Positions 57,903-64,000 of a DNA stretch of 64,000 nt are shown here, one piece after another. Under the pieces are notes generated by a model that searched no databases, had not been told where the DNA came from, and saw only the letters and a list, made by a program, of their open reading frames with translations. Location: positions 1 to 64,000 of the forward strand of contig JAZDOG010000020.1 of NCBI GenBank assembly GCA_043798915.1. The letters run 5' to 3'. This stretch comes from Pseudomonadota bacterium (GTDB lineage: Bacteria; UBA10199; 2-02-FULL-44-16; JAAZCA01). The position numbers were made by a program, and so were the translations under genes. Position 1 is the first letter of the stretch; every line of letters starts with the position of its first letter.

Positions 57903-58966
57903 CGTGCGCTTTCTATGACGCGAAACAGGATTTCCTCAAACAAAGACCAATTGTATTTTTTTAGGATCAATTCCTTCGCATTGTCGCCGATGCTCTGACC
58001 CAGGTCAGCGCCGGCGATCAGCGCCCTTATCTTATCGGCAAAGCCGGCTTCGGTATCGGCGACCAGGCAATTTTTGTTGTTTTCAAGTTCCGGGATTCCC
58101 AGCAGGGCAAATGGAGTGACCACCGTGGGTTTTCCATAAGCCATCATCTGCAGGACCTTTTCCAGAATTCCAACGCCGCGCCAGATTGGAGCGATGCATA
58201 TATCCGATGCGCTGATGTATGGCCCCAAGTTGTCCACGAATCCCCTGAAGTCGACGTTGTCTTTGAATGGGATGTCCAGCTTGCCTCTGCCTGCCAGAAT
58301 TATTTTTGCCTCCGGAAAGGAAGGCGCCAGCCTGTCATTGATGAAATTTGCAGCCTCCAGGTTGGGAAAGTAGTTGTAGGAGCCAAGAAAAAGAATTATT
58401 TTTATGTCAACCGGCAGTCCAAGCATGTTGCGCGCCTCGGCCTTGGCGATTGAATTGACATCGTCGAAATCTACGCACGTCGGAATGACTTCGACTGTAT
58501 TTTCATTGAAACCCATCCGGATATAGGCGATCCTGTCGGTCTCCGAGACCGTGATGATCTTCTTTGTTTTTCCAAGGAGGTTTTTTTCGGGAAGGATATT
58601 CCTCAGCCTGAAGAAATAACCCGCGTTCAAATTTCTGCACAGGAGTTCGGGGTTGCCGTGGCTGTCGAATATGAAAGGGCGTCGCAGTTTCTTCGCAATT
58701 ATGCTGCCGATGAGCGCATGCCTGCCCTGACTCGCAAAGACGATGTCCACGTCGTCGAATAAATCGCAATTCAAGAACAGCGCTTTGAACAATTCAGCAA
58801 GGCGTTCGACAATTTTGAATGGGCGGTCGAAAATCGGATGCGGGCTGTGAAGCAGGGTCGAGGGCAGGGCTGTCAGGGAGTGCCTCTTCGAGAGGACCAT
58901 CATGAGGCTTGGAATGCGCGCAATCGTGTTGCGCTCATTCTGCTCTGGAATGAATAATATTTTCAT
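57899..58966 (-). CDS. glycosyltransferase family 4
   Basis: FLGSYNYFPN, GVGILEKVLQMMAYGKP; start at MKILFIP. Confidence 0.88.
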   Translation of the reverse strand: MKILFIPEQNERNTIARIPSLMMVLSKRHSLTALPSTLLHSPHPIFDRPFKIVERLAELFKALFLNCDLFDDVDIVFASQGRHALIGSIIAKKLRRPFIFDSHGNPELLCRNLNAGYFFRLRNILPEKNLLGKTKKIITVSETDRIAYIRMGFNENTVEVIPTCVDFDDVNSIAKAEARNMLGLPVDIKIILFLGSYNYFPNLEAANFINDRLAPSFPEAKIILAGRGKLDIPFKDNVDFRGFVDNLGPYISASDICIAPIWRGVGILEKVLQMMAYGKPTVVTPFALLGIPELENNKNCLVADTEAGFADKIRALIAGADLGQSIGDNAKELILKKYNWSLFEEILFRVIESAR

Positions 58967-58982
58967 TATAAAAGGCGCGCCA

Positions 58983-59366
58983 TTATCGATTGTGCTTGTT
59001 TTGCCAGCTCTTATAAAATGCGCTGCTCTCCTTTGTGATGTCGATATCGAGCAGCGAATGACAAAAGGAAACGATGCCGAGCAGTGCCGCGACAACCCAC
59101 AGAATTGCCTTTGCCCAGCTCCATACGGAAAATTTGTTTCTTATGAATGTGAGGCATAGAAAGGGGATGAAGATGATGGGCAGGATGAACAGATAGGTGA
59201 TTCTGAAATCGGATGGAATCTTGAACCAAAGGAGCAGCCAGGCAAAGATCAACATTGTGTTGACGGATATGTATATTGAATCGCGATTTAATTTCATAAA
59301 TCTGATTTTTTCCAAGAGTTCATCCGCGTTCCTTGGCCCGATTTGATTCCTCGTTGAGACAGTCAA
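58983..59366 (-). CDS. small hypothetical membrane protein
   Basis: Three hydrophobic segments; fills the gap between manC and a GT4 gene on the same strand; start uncertain. Confidence 0.5.
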   Translation of the reverse strand: MTVSTRNQIGPRNADELLEKIRFMKLNRDSIYISVNTMLIFAWLLLWFKIPSDFRITYLFILPIIFIPFLCLTFIRNKFSVWSWAKAILWVVAALLGIVSFCHSLLDIDITKESSAFYKSWQNKHNR

Positions 59367-60270
59367 TCACTTCCTTCGGAGGGCTTATTTTGCCCGACGC
59401 ATATAATTTTGCAACAATCTCCCATCCGCCCACGTCGGACCAGCCGACGTCGAGCGGGAGCACGATTGCGCGATCGATCTTTTCCATCAGGGCGCGATCG
59501 ATGGAGATGCCGGGCGATTCATTAAAAAAAACGCACAGCGAGTCCTGGTCAACGATGCCATCTTCAATTTTCAGTTTCAGAGCGCAGGAGGCGATGTCAG
59601 GCGCATGTTTTTTTATAAGGCGCATCAGGACATCCGTCCGCCACACGAACATGCCGCTGTTCCAGAAGTAACAGCCTTCGCGGATATACTTCACGGCGGA
59701 TTTACGGTCGGGTTTTTCGACGAAACGATCGACCTCAAATGCCCCGTCCGGCCTTTTTTTGCCGCGCTTTATGTATCCATATTCCTGGGAAGGATGATTC
59801 GGGGTGATGCCAAGGATCAGCGGGGATTTCTCAGAATCAGCCAACGCTATGGCCCTCCTCATGATATCTATGTATTCCCCGTATTCCCCGGTTTTTTCGA
59901 TGAGGTGGTCCGATGGCGCGGCAACCAAAACGGCATCCCGGTCTCGCGAGGCAACGATGGCGCCTGCGAGGGCTATGGCAGGGGCGGTGTTTTTTCTGAA
60001 AGGCTCGCCTATTATATTTGAAGAGGGAATCTGCCGCAGCTGTTCTTTGACCAGGGGTATGTATTCTTTGTTTGTGGAGACAAGGCATCGCTCAGGCGGC
60101 ACCAGCCGGAGCATGCGCTCGCATGTCTCCTGAATCATCGTGCGTTTTGGATGCGTTATGGGGAGGAATTGCTTGGGTTTCCGGGATGTGCTGTAAGGGG
60201 TGAACCTCACGCCTTCGCCACCGGCCAAGATCAAGACATAGGTTCTCTCCGAGACCGGTTTTTTCACCAT
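59320..60270 (-). CDS. manC: mannose-1-phosphate guanylyltransferase
   Basis: ILAGGEGVRF, PKQFL, NTAPAI, PSDH, FVEKP, WNSGMF, WSDVG. Confidence 0.93.
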   Translation of the reverse strand: MVKKPVSERTYVLILAGGEGVRFTPYSTSRKPKQFLPITHPKRTMIQETCERMLRLVPPERCLVSTNKEYIPLVKEQLRQIPSSNIIGEPFRKNTAPAIALAGAIVASRDRDAVLVAAPSDHLIEKTGEYGEYIDIMRRAIALADSEKSPLILGITPNHPSQEYGYIKRGKKRPDGAFEVDRFVEKPDRKSAVKYIREGCYFWNSGMFVWRTDVLMRLIKKHAPDIASCALKLKIEDGIVDQDSLCVFFNESPGISIDRALMEKIDRAIVLPLDVGWSDVGGWEIVAKLYASGKISPPKEVIDCLNEESNRAKERG

Positions 60271-60399
60271 GGGGAGGGATAGATTTTTGATTGCGCTATG
60301 TCAATGACGCAGTACGGTTCGGATAATGAAAGCCCTTGAATAAATTATGGATATGCTGTATTTATGATATGCTGGATGAGTTGGAAACGGGGACATGCC

Positions 60400-61284
60400 A
60401 TGTACAAAGCCTATTGGTCGCTCAGCATCAAGCCGTTTGAAAACACCCCTGATCCCCAGTTCATGTTCAACTCCGCAAAGCACGAAGAGGCCCGGATGCG
60501 CATGCTGTATGCAGCGCATGAGCGCAAGGAGGGCGCGCTCCTCACGGGCGAGTATGGGAGCGGCAAAACGGTTTTATCCCGGGTGTTGCTCAACACCCTG
60601 GCTCGGGATGAGAAATACAGGACAGTTTTGATCCTGAATCCCAAGGTCTCTCATTCCGAAATGCTCAAGGAGATCCTGTTCCAGCTGGGCGAACCAGCCA
60701 CCGACGGCAGCAGGATGGCCCTGCAGTATCAATTGGGGCGGCGGCTGGAGGGGTTGGCCGATGAGGACAGAAGCGCGGTCATAATCATCGATGAAGCCCA
60801 GGTTATGGATGCCAATGATTTCAATGAGTTAAGACTGCTCTTGAATTTCAAACGAAGCGATCGCTTCCTCTTTACGCTCCTTTTGGTCGGTCAGACCGAT
60901 CTCAAGGAGAAGATACTGTCGATAGAGCCTCTGAAGCAGAGGCTGGCCATGCGGTACCACCTGAGCGCCCTGGATGAGGCGGAGACGGCGGGATATATAG
61001 AGCACAGGTTGGGCATCGCAGGCAGAAGAAAGCTGACCTTCAGTCAAGAGGCTTCAAAGCTGGTATATCAGGGCTCCGAAGGGATACCGCGCAGGATCAA
61101 CAACATTTGCGACTATTGCCTGTTGATCGGTTTTGGAAGAAAGGCGAGCCAGATAAGCGCGGGCATCGTTGAGGATGCCCTGAAAGACCTCGAAGAGAAT
61201 GTCTGCGAAAAGAAGGAAGAGAGGGGCAAATGGTCAGGATTGCTGAAATCGTGCGCGAAGAGATTGGTGCCGACGAGACTCTGA
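60400..61284 (+). CDS. ExeA/GspA-family AAA ATPase
   Basis: PFENTPDP, LTGEYGSGKT, IIDEAQ, LVGQ, GIPRRINNICD. Confidence 0.92.
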   Translation: MYKAYWSLSIKPFENTPDPQFMFNSAKHEEARMRMLYAAHERKEGALLTGEYGSGKTVLSRVLLNTLARDEKYRTVLILNPKVSHSEMLKEILFQLGEPATDGSRMALQYQLGRRLEGLADEDRSAVIIIDEAQVMDANDFNELRLLLNFKRSDRFLFTLLLVGQTDLKEKILSIEPLKQRLAMRYHLSALDEAETAGYIEHRLGIAGRRKLTFSQEASKLVYQGSEGIPRRINNICDYCLLIGFGRKASQISAGIVEDALKDLEENVCEKKEERGKWSGLLKSCAKRLVPTRL

Positions 61285-62360
61285 TCCCGGACCGCGCGCC
61301 AGCGCAAGAGCAGCGCGATTCGACTCCGCGCGAGAAGGATGTGAACTTCAGGCTTTCGTCTTCTCTGGCGGATGAGATGATGAACAGGCAGGTCGCATCG
61401 GCGCAGACGGGCGATGTCGAAGGCCATGATTACAGCCTGAACGAACACACCGAAAAAAACTATGCGCGCCTGCTCGTCGTGGCCAGGGAAGTGATGCGCA
61501 ATGCAGAGAACGGCCTTCCTCTCGATTGCCGCAGCGTTGAACGGGCCGCGGGCGACCTCATCGATGAATTTGTGAGCGGAAATGAGCAGCTGATCGCCGC
61601 TGCCTGTTCGCCGGTCAAGGGGGATGAAAATTATCTTTATGCGCACATCGTGAATGTCACCATATTGTCTCTGGCGATGGGCATGGACCAGAAGCTGAAT
61701 ATTTCAAAATTGATCGATCTGGGTGTCTCGAGCTTTTTTCACGACGTCGGAATTACAAGGGTCCTCCATCTTGTGAATAAGCAGGATTATTTGAGTCCGT
61801 CCGAAAAGGGATTGGTGAGAGAGCACCCCATGTTCGGAGTGGAAATTCTCAAGAAGACATCTGGCATCAGCGACACCGTTCTCAAGGTTGTCTATCAGGA
61901 GCATGAGCGCCTTGACGGCTCCGGCTATCCTGAGGGGATCACCGATGCAGGGAAGCTTGACGAATGCTCGCGCATAGTGGCTGTGGCGGACGTGTTTGAA
62001 GCGATCACGCACAGGCGCCCGCATCGCGACGGTGTTTTGCCGCACGAGGCGATGAAGCGCATGCTGGGCAGCGAAGAGGTCGTCAAATTTGACTCCGGGG
62101 TGCTCAAATCGCTGGTGAATCGCGTGGGGATATATCCGGTCGGGAGCTGGGTCAGGCTATCGAATGGAGAGGTGGCCAGGGTCGTGGGGCTGAATGCGGG
62201 GCGGGCCCTGAAGCCCAAAGTAAAAGTGATATTCGACAAGGACGGGTGGAAATTGCGGGAGGCGAGGCTGCTGAATATGGCCGATTGTGACGCAATCCAG
62301 ATCGTAAAGCTGGTTGGCGACAGCGAGCTCAATGGATATTTTAATAGAAGTTTGATATAA
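61230..62360 (+). CDS. HD-GYP domain protein (c-di-GMP phosphodiesterase-like)
   Basis: FHDVG, EHERLDGSGYP, VADVFEA, YPVGSWVRL. Confidence 0.9.
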   Translation: MVRIAEIVREEIGADETLIPDRAPAQEQRDSTPREKDVNFRLSSSLADEMMNRQVASAQTGDVEGHDYSLNEHTEKNYARLLVVAREVMRNAENGLPLDCRSVERAAGDLIDEFVSGNEQLIAAACSPVKGDENYLYAHIVNVTILSLAMGMDQKLNISKLIDLGVSSFFHDVGITRVLHLVNKQDYLSPSEKGLVREHPMFGVEILKKTSGISDTVLKVVYQEHERLDGSGYPEGITDAGKLDECSRIVAVADVFEAITHRRPHRDGVLPHEAMKRMLGSEEVVKFDSGVLKSLVNRVGIYPVGSWVRLSNGEVARVVGLNAGRALKPKVKVIFDKDGWKLREARLLNMADCDAIQIVKLVGDSELNGYFNRSLI

Positions 62361-62405
62361 AGATCAGAGTCTTTTATACTGAGTCAGTTTTTACGCAAGG
62401 CGGGG

Positions 62406-63158
62406 GTGTTTGTGAGGTTCTTTTCTCTCAGCGTTGTCGTTTTCATAATCATGGTCGCCAGCGCGGGTTGTGCCACCTATGCTCACACTCAAGGTAAACA
62501 TGCGCCCGCAGCTGCGTCTGCGAAGGGCGAATTAGCTGCAGTTCCTGCCATGCCGCCGAAGATCATGCCTTACAGGATAAACGTGGGAGATGTTATCGAG
62601 GTCTCCGTGTGGCGGACCAAGGACATGGACAAGGACGTCATCGTCAGGCCCGACGGCGTCATATCATATCCTCTCGTGGGCGATGTCCCTGTCGTGGGTC
62701 TGACGCTGACTGAACTGGACCGCAAGCTCACCACGGACCTCAAGGCGTTTATCCGGAATCCGATCGTCTCCATCGCGATAAAGAAATTTGGAGGCACAAA
62801 GGTTATCATCCTGGGCGAGGTGAAGGCGCCTGGCGTCTATACGCCATCGGGTCAGGGAAGCGTCCTCGAGCTGATCGCCTTGGCCGGCGGTTTTACGGAC
62901 GATGGGGTCCGGAGCAGGACGCTCCTGATACGAGGCGGGCTTGAGAGTCCGAGACCCATTCCTCTGAACCTCGCTGCGGCGCTTGCGCGGGGCGATCAGG
63001 ACGAAAATCCGCCCCTGATGCCGAATGACATAGTCTATGTGCCGAAGAGCGCCACGGCCTCGTTCAATTATATCATGAAGCAGATAACTCCTGTGCTGTC
63101 CAACTTCCTGCTGGGCACGACGATCGCCAACGATTTCGGCTGGCGCGGGACGCGATAG
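62406..63158 (+). CDS. wza: polysaccharide export lipoprotein
   Basis: Lipobox SAGC; YRINVGDVIEVSVW, VRPDGVISYPLVG, LGEV..PG SLBB domain. Confidence 0.9.
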   Translation: MFVRFFSLSVVVFIIMVASAGCATYAHTQGKHAPAAASAKGELAAVPAMPPKIMPYRINVGDVIEVSVWRTKDMDKDVIVRPDGVISYPLVGDVPVVGLTLTELDRKLTTDLKAFIRNPIVSIAIKKFGGTKVIILGEVKAPGVYTPSGQGSVLELIALAGGFTDDGVRSRTLLIRGGLESPRPIPLNLAAALARGDQDENPPLMPNDIVYVPKSATASFNYIMKQITPVLSNFLLGTTIANDFGWRGTR

Positions 63159-63175
63159 CGGGCGTCTAAAAAATA

Positions 63176-64000
63176 ATGCAGAGACTGGAATTCAACCTCT
63201 CCGATTATTGGCGCATCGTCAGGCGTCGGAAAGCTGTCATCATCGCTTCCGCGCTGTTTGTGACGGCTATTGTCTTTTATAAAAATTATACAACACCCCC
63301 GCTCTTCAAGGCCTCAGCCGTGGTAATGGTGGAGATGGCCACTTCGCTCATGACGGGCGCCCGCGATTACTATTATCCTTATGAAGGGGATTTTTTTGAG
63401 ACGCAGCAGCATGTCATTGCCAGCAAGCCGGTGGGCGAGGAGGCAGGAAGGTACATCGGGCTCATAAGCGAGACGACGCCTGCGGAGGAGCGCGACAGGA
63501 TCGCGGCTGGGCTGGCCGGCAGCGTCAACGCCGATAAAGTGGGTTCGACCAACCTCATCAGCATAAACGCCACGGCCGTGGAGGCCGGGAAGGCGGCTGC
63601 GATTGCCAACGCCATTGCCCACGGTTATCAGGTCTGGAGTTTGAAAAACAGAAACGAACAGGCGCGCAAAGTCAGGGAATTCGTGGAGGGCCAGCTCAAA
63701 GAGACAGGCGCGCGTCTTGCCGAAGGGGAAGATACGCTCAAAAAATTTCAGGAATCTTCGGAGGAGGCCGGCCAGATCACGGCGCTCCAGTCTCAGCTGA
63801 TGAACCTCCAGGTGGATATGGCCACCCTGCTTCAGCAGTATACCGAACAGCATCCGGATGTGATCGAACAGCGGGCAAGGATTGCCGAGGTGAAGGAGGA
63901 GATGGCAAGGAATCCGGGGCTGCAACTCGAGTACGCGCGCTTGAAGCGCGAGGTCGACACGAACAACGCGCTTTATTCCAATTTGAGACAGCGGTATCAG
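63176..64000 (+). CDS. wzc: polysaccharide co-polymerase (Wzc/GumC family), truncated by window end
   Basis: MQRLEFNLSDYWRIVRRRK, TM helix, TPLFKASA, YTEQHPDV coiled-coil; open to the end of the window. Confidence 0.85.
   Translation, partial: MQRLEFNLSDYWRIVRRRKAVIIASALFVTAIVFYKNYTTPPLFKASAVVMVEMATSLMTGARDYYYPYEGDFFETQQHVIASKPVGEEAGRYIGLISETTPAEERDRIAAGLAGSVNADKVGSTNLISINATAVEAGKAAAIANAIAHGYQVWSLKNRNEQARKVREFVEGQLKETGARLAEGEDTLKKFQESSEEAGQITALQSQLMNLQVDMATLLQQYTEQHPDVIEQRARIAEVKEEMARNPGLQLEYARLKREVDTNNALYSNLRQRYQ

Noticed and set aside
1..64000. CRISPR array, tRNA or rRNA genes
   Set aside because: No regularly spaced repeat-spacer series or recognisable structural RNA seen by eye; the palindromes are dispersed, not arrayed.

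Overview
A 64-kb bacterial accessory region with three parts. (1) 1-3.1 kb: REP-like palindromic repeats, a small secreted protein, an AbiE-like type IV toxin-antitoxin pair and a DNA-methyltransferase relic. (2) 3.1-14.4 kb: a compact RiPP-type locus. The minus-strand operon runs S26-like peptidase, PqqD/RRE, a 67-aa Cys/Trp/Tyr-rich precursor ending in Ser, two radical SAM/SPASM enzymes, an HprK-like kinase, a third radical SAM/SPASM enzyme and an ABC exporter. A divergent nucleotidyltransferase plus GNAT pair lies beyond an apparently inserted Schlafen/AlbA-ATPase plus ParA module bounded by a 30-bp imperfect direct repeat. No lasso cyclase is present. (3) 14.4-64 kb: a large mosaic surface-polysaccharide/glycosylation locus with a priming transferase, Wzx, a Wzy/ligase-like protein, Wza, partial Wzc, gmd, manC, wecB, many GT4/GT2/GT-C glycosyltransferases, about nine methyltransferases, four further radical SAM enzymes, two HD-GYP proteins and an ExeA-like ATPase. 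All calls rest on motifs read by eye; no database search was run. No rRNA, tRNA or CRISPR array was seen.
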